Positions 1 to 12,600 of a stretch of 44,143 nt of DNA are shown here, piece after piece (the stretch's first letter is position 1; each line of letters begins with the position of its first letter). The notes beneath the pieces are model-generated. The model ran no database searches and had not been told where the DNA came from. It was given only the letters and a program-made list of their open reading frames with translations. A program made the translations under genes and the position numbers. Source of the stretch: Catajapyx aquilonaris (taxonomy: Eukaryota); NCBI GenBank assembly GCA_000934665.2, contig JYFJ02003275.1, positions 1 to 44,143 of the forward strand, in the 5' to 3' direction.

Positions 1-22
1 TTCGCGTGACGTCAACATTTTC

Positions 23-52
23 TAGGGAAACAGTGACGTCACCATTTCCCTA
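23..52. repeat. Interrupted palindrome centred on a CRE/ATF octamer (TAGGGAAA-ca-GTGACGTCAC-ca-TTTCCCTA); possibly the subterminal part of a DNA transposon extending left of the window
   Basis: TAGGGAAA (23-30) and TTTCCCTA (45-52) are reverse complements around GTGACGTCAC (33-42). A second TGACGTCA lies at 7-14. The palindrome is seen directly; its function is inference. Confidence 0.5.
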
Positions 53-3000
53 CATAAAAACCCCAATTACTCCGGAACGGGAACTGATATCTTAAAACGA
101 AATATGCCAAAAAAATCCAAAAAATATGGGCGAATTTATTATGTAGTTTCCAAAATGAAGGCTAGTTCCCCATTCAGCGAAGGTGTTTGAGCAGGGCCGC
201 CACATTCCAGTATCCAGATAGAGTCGAGCAGAAGACAGCATAGAGCCGAAAAGGAGTGGCTTGAAGAGACAAGAGCAGAGCCATGCAGCAGCGCTCAGGG
301 TTTTGGGCTGCCTCGGCAAAGAGCAACCAAGCTAAGCCTGAGTAATGCTTTTCAATAAGCCGGCGCCACCGCCGCCACAGCCTTTGCTTCCAGAGGCCCA
401 AAGCTGCTGCGGGCCAAACACACGTTCTCCTCGCTTTGTTGTCTTGGGTTTCACCTGCCTGCGCTTCCCTGCTGCCAAAGCTCATCCTACACCTTATTAT
501 CCGCCTAGGAGATTGGATTGTCATCAGGAGCTTGGGAGCTAGCTCACCACGGCCCGACTTTGCCTTGCACACTATCGTGCCATACCGATTACATGGAAGC
601 ACGCGTCATGGTGGAGGCGCAGCGAGCTTTCATGGGTGACGTCACTTAAACCCGCTTCACAGACTTCAATTTGTGACCAGTTTGCGCCGAGTTAGCGGAC
701 CTCAGCACCTTACTAAACGCTGACAGGTCTGTCATTATGCGCATGTGCGCATACTGGCTCCATACAGCGAGTGAAGAGCGAAACTCGGGTGGTAGTCCGC
801 AGAAGACCAGTGAATCAACTTCGCGACCCGTCTGGTCACGGCTGCTCCTAAAATCCCTGTCTTTGACCCTAATGGAATCACTGGATTTATTTCCTACTGT
901 TGCAACAGACAGGGAATAATGATCGGTGTGTTGGATGCATTGCAACCCCACAGTCCCTGTACTGTACATGAACGGCTATGCGATTAGGGATTAGACTGAA
1001 TCCCTGGCGCTTTCAGGGTGGATTTCCCAACTTTCAGGAAATGATAGTTAAATTAATGGAAATTATGCAGACTGACAAGTAAAGCCACTGGAGGCTGTAT
1101 ATACCCGGGTTAATTCCGGCCACGACGCTTGTCGCTTTTCACACGTCACGTCCTGCGTCGAATTTTATTTTGGTGAATAATACATGCAGCATAAGACCTC
1201 GGGAGTCCTTCCCTCCGTACTCCCAGTCATCCAGACTTATTAAAGGCTTCCAACTGTCACATGACGCTGCCTCGCTCTTTAACATCAAACACATTGGATA
1301 TAATTACATGACTGCCACAAAAAAATCTAGCGACTGTTCCGGACCATTTAGCCGCACGTCACGCGATTTTGGCGGCCCTGAACTGTAACAGGTTCTAGCA
1401 AGAACCGAGCATAATATTTATACCAAGCAGGGCGACAGTCAAGTCTGAGACATGGCGCAGGCAGTAAACATTGGAGTATCCCCCTAAGGTGTAAGGTATA
1501 ACTAGGTGGTTGTGTGCAGAGACATTAATTTGCCATGAAATAACAAAAGTTGCGCGTAAATTCCCGACTGCTAATGTATGTTAATGGCTCTACAGCCCTT
1601 TGTTTGTGCAGCTCCTACTAAAAGCCACGTCTCATTTTGACCTGCCAGCAATAATAGCTGCAAAATAATGTATTATTTATACTATGTGGAGTGAAACGTC
1701 CCAATTGCATGTAAAACAACGAGGGTAACAAAGCCAGTAATAACACAATACAAGACTTTCCAATATTAATATTAATTAATCAGGTAATCCTCGTGGTTGA
1801 ACAGAGCCCCATGCTGCATCATCGTTTCCGCCTCCCCCTTTCCCCACTCCTCCCTTCCCCCTCTCCTATCCTGTGGTTATGAAGCTTCTAGTTGGCGAGT
1901 TGACAACCTATAATCCGCCTGCAGTTGAAAAGCTGTCTAATACGCGCCCACCATATTGTCTCGACTAGAGTACAGAGCCGCCAACCAGAAAAGCTAGAGA
2001 GGGGGAAGGAGGGGAAACGGGGAGGGTTTGCTTGCGTCTCTCCAGCTGTCAGCCAAGTAATAAGAGACTTCATTCAAATTACGCGTGATATTCATTTGGG
2101 CTCTATGAGTTTCCGTGCGGACTTGAAGGCGACGGGTGTCCATCACGTTTCTCTTCCATAGCTTTAATGTGTGTTGGCCACACTCGCCCCATTTCCGCAC
2201 GCACTCCAACATATTTACCGGACACGTCCGGTACGTGGGACGAGAGGTCTGTTAGGAAATTCGGACGGTAGCCGCTTTTTTTTATCAGTTCTAGCGAGCG
2301 AACGTTGGAGTGGAAAATAATGAATTGGCCCCTGATGTCATCCACTCGGGTTTTGCCGAAGGTCCTCGACTCGTTCAAGATATCAGGCAGGAACTGAACC
2401 TAACACGCCACTAAGGGCCACCTTTCTTGGGGGGTTACACTTTATTTACATTTGAGTGCTTGAGTCGGGGGTACAAAATGTATGATTTTATCGTGTATAA
2501 ATTCAATGCGGGCGAAGATGAAAAGGTTAGATTGTGGGCGTATTCAGGTAGTTATTTTTGATCTGGCCAGAATCACTCAGGAACAGAAGAGCAATGTTTA
2601 CAGGGCCGATAACCCGTACAAATTGGGTCACGCAGATGAAAGCAGAGGCGCAGTCCAGGCGGGAAGCACGCGCTCAAATATTGACAAATCTGGTATCAGA
2701 TCCGGCTAAAACTTACTCTTTGTTAGGATTTCGGTCATAGTTAGTGTATACGTTATCGCTTATCAAGCTAAAATTACAAATTTAAAGCAAATCCTGGCTG
2801 TCGACATTTAGCGTCATACAAGATCTTCCAACTCGTCAGGCCCGTCGGCAGTCTACATTTGCATTGTAAAAAGAGATTGTTTTGCAACCTTGAAGGGTTC
2901 CATCCAACAACAACTCATGAACGATGAAACCCTTCTGCCTCCCTGATTATGTTCTTGCTAAGGCCATTTGTTAGCGAGAGTGCTCGAAACGCCCTTCTGG

Positions 3001-3079
3001 TGTTTTATTCCTCGTCTTCTCTACCGCCATTTAACGGCGCTCCGAGCAGTCGGCTTCCATTGTCATGAAAGCCTCCTTA

Positions 3080-3295
3080 TCAACTACTTGTACGCGCGCT
3101 GAACAGCGTGCGCCATACTATATATGAATCATTCCGGTAGTCCAACCGCCTGGATTGGAAAGCTCCAATGCCTTCCTCGATAGTCATCTGGGGCTGCGGG
3201 ACATATCGGATCTCCACATGAACATGAGATGAAATTGTGAAAACTTTGGGGACTTCCCGTCTTTGATGTGAATGGGTCGGGTGGAAAGTTTCCAA
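3080..3295 (-). pseudogene. Possible decayed piggyBac-type transposase fragment
   Basis: The minus-strand translation YVPQPQMTIEEGIGAFQSR...IVWRTLFSARTS resembles, by eye, the PGBD catalytic segment YxPxxxLTIDExMxxFxGR...KIWxxCDAxTSY, with the catalytic D replaced by E and altered spacing. No database search was run. Confidence 0.25.
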
Positions 3296-3410
3296 ATAAC
3301 ATTTGTATTGTATATTCTAACCGCCCATCATCTTTCAAAACTCACAAGCTTTCCTCTTTTGCAATTGTACAGTGCGTACTTCCGTACTCCTTCCATTGTG
3401 ATATAGTATA

Positions 3411-3506
3411 GGCTATACTCGTATATCAGGGTCTTAAAATTGAGATTTACGTACTGATCTGGGGGTGGAAATCTCAATTTTAAGACCGTGATATACGAGA
3501 ATAGCC
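3411..3506. mobile_element. 96-bp hairpin MITE, PIF/Harbinger-like
   Basis: 38-bp terminal inverted repeats at 3411-3448 and 3469-3506 (2 mismatches) surround a 20-nt loop. ATA flanks both sides (3408-3410, 3507-3509), a 3-bp TSD candidate. Termini are GGC...GCC. Confidence 0.75.
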
Positions 3507-6105
3507 ATAGTTAGTTAATGATTATTAGTAACTATGGTTTCTACCGGTTACGACAAATATTTGACTTACGACATATGATGAATCCACCCCATGCATTATT
3601 TTTACGCGGGGTCATTCCATATCAAATCTTCTTCACGTCCGACTTGTATGCTAGTCTTTCTGGTGACTTAATCTATCACGGAAATTTGCACTCACATAAA
3701 AACCGAGATCCAACCATAACAGAAACAACCTGATGTATTCCCTGTTTTTAGGCAACGTAACCAACCTTGGTTGCCTTTAAGAATGGCCCTTGTCCTATAA
3801 AAAGTGAAAATGGTGTAGTTAACCAGGAAAACGCATCTCGACTCCTGCAGTGCCACACTTAATGAACAGGCAACCGGGCACTGATGCGATTATAAAACAA
3901 GCAAAGGGGGAGCTAATGAAAGAGTATACTCCCTGACAGCCTTCATAACACACTCCTGTTATTTACCGTGGACATTACATTGTATGATAGCAGTATTAAT
4001 GATCAGAATGTATACAGTAGGCCTATGGTGGAGGAGGCCGCCGCTTGGATTGTTGACGGAACGAGCTTATCTCTCTGCATGCACAGAGTGTAATGGCCGT
4101 TATGTGTGTGCAGTATTACCGTCTACTGTTCAATCTCGCGCCTTTCCATATTTCAACTAAAACCACTGTGCCAATGACGGCTGGAGTGGGTAGCCTTGAG
4201 AGAATGTGTGGTACCGGGTGCTGCACTATTGAATGCGTTCTTCAGATGACTAACAATGAGTCGCTGAGAATCGTATTATTGGATTAATAAATATGCACTA
4301 AAATTAGTAACCGTTCTAATACTAATTGTTGAGGTATTTTCCATGTGACAGGTAGGGTTAACGGGTATGTGCGCTAGACCCATACGCTCACCTTATTTTC
4401 AAATCATACAAGGCTGTAAATTTTGATATGCAATCATCATTTGTGACTCCCAAAGCTACAGTACATTACACCTACCCCAAACCTCTAACCACTCGTGTGC
4501 TTACACCAAAAAAGCCCCAAAAAACCAGACCTTTGAATTCCCCCCAAAAAATTCAGATTTCAATTACCCCAAAGAGCAAGGAATGATTTGGCTTTTGCCA
4601 ATGTTACCTCACAATACCCCCCAGCCTTTCATGGTCAGATGACGTACATTTCAGCGGACACGCTCAATCCCTATCTAAAAGGTCTAATGTTCCACTACGC
4701 ATTATGAAACCTGCCTTTTTTGTGCACCTGGTTGTGTAACCACCATCCCGAAAAAAAAACCCTGCCGGTGCTCCACAATAAACAAAACAGACAAACCACG
4801 CCGCCATGTGTAGATATAGCCCAGGCTTTCAAATACATGCGAGTTTGAGTCGCGAGAAACGGCGGCTAAAAGCATTCGAATAATGGCAAATGGTTTATAT
4901 GCGGTGCAGTACGGTGGAAGCTTGCAGTTCTTTAACCGCTTTTGGGCAGCCCATTTTGGGGAGGGGGATACTAGCCCACCCCATATCCACCAAGTTTTAG
5001 ATAGGATTTAGGCCGAATCTGGATGAGTAAATTGATACTTGGGCTGCTCGCTTCGGGAGACAAATGTCAGGCCATTCAATTCGGCAAATGGTAGGAGAGA
5101 ACAAGCAGCCGAACACTGCGAGCCGAGGCTCTATCAAGCTCAAGGAGAAAAAGTGACCCATTTCCTCAAATTTGCTGACTCCCCCTCAAGTCAAAATGGT
5201 TTGTTTGGTCCTGGTGGTGGGGAGGGATGGAGAGGGGAAAATGTACGGGGTTGGTTGTAAAACTGGCAATTTGTGAACGTCTCCACGCTCTATTTGACGT
5301 AAGCTACGTTCCAGGTGGTTTGGACTGGTCGGAAAATGGAAGCATACTGCATGCATTGTACTGCACAAAAGTTGTTTTGTTCATGGGACTCCTCTCCACA
5401 TAGGCGCAAAATGTCATGATGTAAATTACAAAAAAGCTTACTTTCATTATGCATGTTATTACCATTTCAAAAACAACCATGGTCCACTGGGTGCACTAAG
5501 TGGGTTTATTGAAATTGTTGACGTTGTTTGTGAAAAACATTGTAGGGGGAATTACATTTTTCTGAAATTAGTGCGCTGAATCCGTGTTTAAAAGTCATAG
5601 AGAAGAAAGCGTGTTTGGGATGTGTACGGTTAATTATATGTATGTTTACAGCTCACATAATCAATGTGATGTATTGAATTTGGGGCACCATCAGCAAAAT
5701 ATTAACACCAACTGATCGTGTTTGTGTTTTATTCAATATTTGAATACCTTTGAACGTTCATAATTTCATTAAACAAACTGTCGAATATTAACAGATATAA
5801 GGAACATTAACTATAACCGGCTCAACTACGCACTTTCCATACTAGATCCAGCCCTGACCAAAAGCCGATCAGTCTATTTAAACCTTTTGAAGCATAGAGT
5901 AGAAAAACTGTCAGATTCTTACATGCCTCCAGTGATCAACCGTGATATTTGAGCCATTACCCCATTGGGGTATTACGGTTTTAAAAAGTATCAAGAGTTT
6001 TTATTCGCGCAGAAATGGTATATCAATGTTTAATAAGTAAAGGATGAGATTTACTGGCATCTTTTATACTGCCAGTCATCTGATCTCTCGTGTGATAGTG
6101 TATAG

Positions 6106-6625
6106 CAGGGGTATTCGACTAGTTTATGACAAGGTCCAGTATTTACTTTCCTGGGTCATTGAAGGTCCGGACCCCCCCCCCCCCCCCNCCCCCCGGGGTA
6201 AAAATATATAGATTTTATGTGGTACCACACGGTTCATATTCGAAAATAGAAACATGTGCATCAAGGGTAGAAGTGCCTATCAAGACAGGGCATATTAAGA
6301 CATTTACGCCCTTTACCCTATGATGTCCTGTACAGGCGCGTAGGCAGAAGAATTTCGGAGGGGGGCCCATTTCGTAAGCACAAGGTGAACAAGCCGTAAA
6401 GGGTGGGGAACGAGCCCGCCGCAGGCGAAATGGGGGGGGGGTTCAAGGTCACACGAGCTTAGGTGAATGTGGGAGATTTGAATGGGTGTGTATTTGATGA
6501 AATTGGTAGCCTTTTTTCCAAAAAATCATGAATTAGTAATTTATCATGCTATTTTTTCAAACTGTCCTGTATATTGTCGCGGTCCGGACAAAATTGCGTC
6601 GCGGTCCGCCAGTTGAATAGCCCTG
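6106..6625. mobile_element. Non-autonomous hAT-superfamily element (MITE), 520 bp
   Basis: TIRs CAGGGGTATTCGACT (6106-6120) and AGTTGAATAGCCCTG (6611-6625), 2 mismatches. Exact 8-bp TSD GTGTATAG at 6098-6105 and 6626-6633. Subterminal GGTCCG motifs near both ends. An 8-bp TSD with CAG termini is typical of hAT. Confidence 0.9.
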
Positions 6626-9600
6626 GTGTATAGTTTTCCAGGTACCCATGTATTCATCGAGGTTTTTGCGCCTGTGACTTACACTGCCCGTTAAACAAGG
6701 GTGAGGTTGCATACATAGTCAGGATGAACACTGCAGACTCGCAGTGATTTATCACGTGGAAACAGCGATTTCAAATGAGATCAACAGAATAGTCTTTGTA
6801 ATGTGACACTTGGAAGCTTTCATTTCCCTTCTTTGTGTACATTTCCACCAACCCTACTCGCCAATTTACTGATAGACGATTAAAAGGATTCCGGTGCAGT
6901 CAACCGTAATCGATTCCAATTTGAGATTTTTTCACAAAATTGTAGACTCAGGTCCTTTTCCCATTTGGCTAACCCAACGCAAGCTCTTGTAGCCACACAC
7001 ACAAAAAAGAAGGGAGCTATAAAAAGTCAGTTTACCACACACTATCATCGTTCTCATGTTTGACATCCAAGTCACAAGCTGACGTCGGTTTGCCGCAAAA
7101 TGTAGTTACCGGAATGAACGTTTGAGGCGAACCTTGTGGGCTCATTACAATGCAAAACCGCCAACCCAGCACCAATATGCACCGGAAAAGTGTCAAATAG
7201 GCATGGTGCGTGCGTTTAATTTTTTCCCCCGCAAATAATACATGATACCATATAAACTGTATAATATTTTTAAAAGGCTGATGACAAGAGGGGTATGTCT
7301 GAGATTGATAATATTCAGGCACAGTGTAGCTCTATCACACCTCCAGGGAGTGAAATTGAGGTACGTGATGGTTCCATGAGAAAAAAAGGGCAGGTTATGG
7401 AGGCCAAGGTGCAGGGTGGGTAGTCATCACGATTCCATCCTCGTGGCTGTGGGCTCCACACCACATCGATTTGCATCCATTGGAGGATAAAAGCTGGGCG
7501 GGCGAGTGGTGCGGAAATGCCAGCAGGTGTCGATATGAACCTTGCTGCAAAGAGCTAGAGGGCAGGCACAATGTAAAAAGGGCCTCAAACTCTGGGGGCA
7601 TTCCCCTAAACTTTCCCAGGCGTCTACTATACCCGCCTTTCCTTATGGTGGCAGCACAACGTGGGGGCATTGCATTTCTCCCATCAGCAAGATAAGCAAG
7701 ATTTATCCACTGCTCCTAATCATTACAAATTCGCCGATAGAAGGCAGAAAATCTAGGTCGGTTGGTTTGCTGGGAAGACTCTCGAGGATAGGGAAGGGGT
7801 TAAAGGTACAGAATCAGAGTTGTAAATCATAAGAGTGGCACATGGTTCGGAGAGTTTCACGTCAGCTTTGTGATTATAGAAGCTAAATGCTACCCGAGAG
7901 AGTGCCTAGTACAACACAGCATATTCATTGTTAGAAAAATGTACCATGTCACTACTGAACCACCTCCTCAGAATACCACCATCATGACGTCAAACTTGAA
8001 TAACAGTACATGCAAAACGTGGATTGGGCGTTCCTTGCCTAATGTCCACATTTTTGTCTCCCCCCGAGGCACATGCGGTGAAATTAAGCGTTTTCGTAGC
8101 GAACTCCGCCTGATTTTCATTAGGTCCACTCCGCTACATGCACCCGAGTGTATAAAACAGAGGACGAAATGGTGGGGTAGATGGGGCAGATTGGGGTGGG
8201 ATTGGTGGGGGAAGGCGGGGCAGAGGGGGAGGTGAGTCGCCCTGGGAAGCAAAATTACCGAGGGAAGAGGAAAAGTCGCTGCCGTTTGGGTCCGGGCTAA
8301 AGCAATAACGGCAGCTTTATTGGAGCGCGGCAGGGTAGCGACGGATGCCGGTCAGCGAGCTTTCTTCCGCTTCTTCTCCCCAGGGAACTTTTCTCCCTCT
8401 TAATAAATCTATTGCTAGCGGATGCTTCAGAAATTTACTGCACATGACGCTTCCACCGCTGAGAAAGGTGAGGCTAGGACGGAGAAAAAAAAAATTGGGA
8501 CATCACGCTGTGGACACGACGCCATGTTGTGACATCATGAGCCATGCTGAGTCGTGATAGCAGTGTGCAGCTAGTTCTAGAAAAGTCCAAATTCTGACGT
8601 CTGAATCATGCTGAATCTTAGCCTACATATCGTATACAACACACCGGTCTATATATGAACGACTTTTTGTCGATATCATTCCAAAAATACCGTTGTGTTC
8701 CCACAGCACACGGAACGTGCTCTTCTCGTTGTTTCATAACCATAATCTACCCGTTTCAGATTAATTCCCCGCCTCCCTGCGACCGGAAAGCGCAATCGTT
8801 CATCCATTTGGGGCCTCGGGCAAAGTGACATGAAATCATCTCTGCTGGGGGACCTCTTCATAAAAGCCTCCTTTAATCCGTCGAGTAAAATATGGCCCAA
8901 TCGTTTCTCTAAATATGATCAGCAAATTAGCGCCTTTGTTTACCGAAACCTGTTAAATAATTTGGTGCCAGGACGATGGAAGCTGGCTATCATTCCCATT
9001 ACAGCTGTATTAATATTTCCTCTCTTATCAGCACCCAACACCCGTTCTCATAGCAGTCGACACCTTTTCCCAGTCACCTGTCACAAAAAGGCGTCCGGGA
9101 CACCAAAAATGCAAGCACGTTACGTAATATTTGCTGTCCTACTTAAAACACGTTGGCTGCCCGATTATCCTTGGTCCACTGTGCAAATAATGGACGCGGT
9201 CTAATGGCGCGGCGCTGTAGAAATTAACCCACACTGGTGGTAGCCGAGGGGAGAGGCGGGGTAGGGAAGAGGGGAGTTAGGGTGCTGCCTTTGGAATTTC
9301 AACTCGGACCCGACTGATACTGCAGGTCATTGGGCAATTTTGACGGATATTCTGCCAAACGGAGCGCTTAATCTTCCTTTTATTTGAACGCGATGAGGGC
9401 GTGAAACTCACTTTGAGGGGGTAGAAACAAAGATTATACAGGACTCATTACGAAAGCAGACGCTTCGTAACTAACGGAATAGGTACAAAAAATATTTGCT
9501 GATATGTTGCAGCCAACTAGTGTTCATAGGGTCATAAATTATTGGGGGGGGGGGGGGCTTTTTTTGAAACGAGAGAATGGCTGGGCTGATATAGAGGGAG

Positions 9601-12600
9601 ATGGATTTATGTTTCCAAACTGGGATAGGAACCTGATATTTGCCGCTACGGTCTGGACTACGGGTTGGGACAAAATCATGTCAAAACATTCCTGGGAGAT
9701 GTAGTTACAAATCATTACAGTCTTCGGTGCATGTAATTCCATACAACCGTCGTTGTGTAAACAGGATCCAGGTTTTTGTTATTTGTTGCAGTGGGACAGT
9801 GGGGGACATAAAAGGCGGAAGAGAGGTTCAGGTTACTTGTGTTAGATGGCTACTGCTTTTATTATGAAGAAAATCTTTCATATTTTCACATTTGTGGTTG
9901 ACAACATTCATTTTTCTGTGCTAGATGATGAGCCAAGTTACTAAATGTGCAGTTTTAAAATAAAGTAGTAGTTATTGTGCTTTGTGCCGCGCTGGCTGCG
10001 TCTTTTTAGCATGTGTCCAGCATTCGTACTGTGTTACTACATAATATTGCTCTATCATTAGCACTCCCAGAAATAATAATTACTTTGATATTAGAAAACA
10101 CAACAGGTACCACAACATTATTGACATTTTATACTGTGAATACATATGGTGCAAAATCTCGCTCTTTTCTGTATTAAAGTAGAGTAAATGTGTACACCTT
10201 CATGTTTTGATAATGTAAATTTCTCTTTTAAAATTTCCCCAAAATAAACATTGTAAAATAATATTTCCGCCACTTTTCATCTTTCGTCCAATGTACGCAT
10301 ACCATTGAGATAAGCCTATGTCGACTCGATGCATACTTGCTATCATATCCAGTAACATAATGATAAATTTTGTGCCTGTACATTTTCACCTATATAGTCC
10401 AACAAGACTCGTATTGGTTTCCATCATGCAAGAACTTCATCATTTGACCATTGGAGACAATTTCAGTTTTTATTTCCTCGTTCGAGTTTACGTCACGTGC
10501 AGTACAGACCTAGTAGATCCGGAGCTTCGGGTGGGTGGTGGGTGGTCTGGTAGTGGACAGGGCGAAGCTCCTTGATTAGTCCGTGTACAATGAGGCGTGT
10601 AATTAGTCGGGAGCGGTGACGCTGACACTGGTGGGCCTTCATTTTCTCCCCAGAGGTACAGCGGTTACAATAAGAGGCTTCCTTGGGTCCGGATGGCCGT
10701 TTTCAGATCCGTCTCTCGGGAAATGGCTAAAGGGTCACCGTGGGTCGCATCACTGCCAAGCTTGCCTCTTCTTTCTGCCCTCCACATCTGGCGACCAGCC
10801 TGTCCGTTATGACTATACTACACTCACGCTATATGTCCCAAGTGCCTCTTTCGCTAACGAGCCTTGCGACCCGGCACACACCTTCACGCACATTATTCCT
10901 AGTAGCGGTAAAGGCAGGGTCAATGAACCGGAGCTGTTGACCTTGAACGTGCACGTGCAAATTGGCCCCATCCGTAGGCTATTTGGTACATGTTACAAAA
11001 AGGGGGGGGGGGGGGGNGGGGGGGGGGGGGCATAGGCCTGCTGCATTCAGGGTCAATAATACCATAGTACGTTTCGTGCACATTCATGGGCTAATAACCC
11101 TAGGCAGGGTGTGTTTCGCTGTCAATACCTAACGCGGAAGCAACAATTTCTATTGTAACCGAAATGCTAGCTGGCCTTTGGTAGACCAGTGGAGTTTTCA
11201 ATCTGTTTGTAAATGTAAGCAATTGTTGACAGTGCGGTGCACTTTGGTGTACAGATAGGGATAAATGCCTCGAGATCTCGGTGCTATTTGGCGGACGCTT
11301 TCAGTTGCATAGAGCCACCATTTGCAATTGGACCCTCGGGTGCGAAACACTGCATTGAGTAAACCCCCCGAGCTCGCTCGGAAACAAGGCAGCAAACAGT
11401 GCCATTGTAGCGGAGTTTAATTAAACTCCTTTTCCGCTAGCACTGGCTTTAGCCACCGATCAAAATGTGAGAGTGTATACTTCTGAAGCCCACAAAACGC
11501 GGTATTAAGGTACACGCATTTAGGGATGTAACGCACTCTTTTCTGTTTTGTTACAGAGCCAACCAGTGACGCCTTACAACTGGGATTGTCTATCAACGTC
11601 TTATTAACTGTGATTGCAACGTGTATATGGTGAACAACGAGGTCTACATGGGAACATTGTTTGCAGGTAATACAGCACATTGTTAAATTGTGAGAAACTG
11701 GCACATAGGTTACATATCTTACCGCATAGCTGGTGCTACTTTGACAATTTACCAAAAAATTCGTACGTATAATTTAATTTACATTAATACTAGTAAGTCA
11801 GCCCTTTGGCAAATCAGTTACTGAAAAGCATGACCCCAGGAAAAAATGTATACAAGACTTACTAGCAAATTATTTTTCATATGGCTCTACACTCACATAA
11901 ATTGATTCTCCACGAAAGCACTAAAGGAAACTTACTAGTAATGCCATGTAATGAATCTCAAGAACGTTTGCAATAAAGAAAGTGTAGTGTACAGTACAAC
12001 AGGCAAAAAGAAAAAAGAAAGGAAATCCGAACAACATATAGTTTTGGGCTGATGCAGCATATACTTGTTCTTTTCTCAGCACAAATCTTTCCATTTTCCT
12101 TCCTGATCTCAGATAGCATTACCAGTTTTTCTTCCCCGCTTCTTAGATGTCAAAATGTTTTAAATGAAAGACACGGGATCAAGCCAGCTTTTAGAAGAGC
12201 AGTATTTCATCTCGTTCCCTTGCGTTTCTTTGGCACTAATGGCCGACGGTCTCGAATTTCTCTCATTGGACTCTCGTTAGAGCTTACGAGAATAAAAGAC
12301 TTTCGTTTTTTCCCCATCAAAAGCAAGGTTATATTTCTTGCACGTCAGCATCATAAAGAGACCATTAAGGTTTGTACAAAAGAGATTTACATTTGCTATT
12401 TACCTCAAGGCAAAACATATCAGTCAAAGGGAATTTCGTAAATCCGCTTGAACAGTCCGTAGTCGTGACTTGTTAAGACAGTACTCTTATCATCGATTTT
12501 TCTTCACGAAATCATGGATGAGAAAAAAGAAATCAAATTTATTTGCCATTGGCTGAGAGGCATATAAAAGCCGAGACACCCACACGCTCCTCGAGAAAAA

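Noticed and set aside
174..602. 142-aa minus-strand ORF
   Set aside because: No recognisable domain. It lies in a GC-richer patch where several frames are open by chance.
5045..5110. TGCTCGCTTCGG matching the U6 snRNA 5' end
   Set aside because: Only 12 nt match exactly. The invariant ACAGAGA box and 3' region are not preserved, so at most an unprovable decayed pseudogene.
12165..12177. TGAAAGACACGGG resembling miR-71
   Set aside because: The 3' half diverges and I saw no precursor hairpin.
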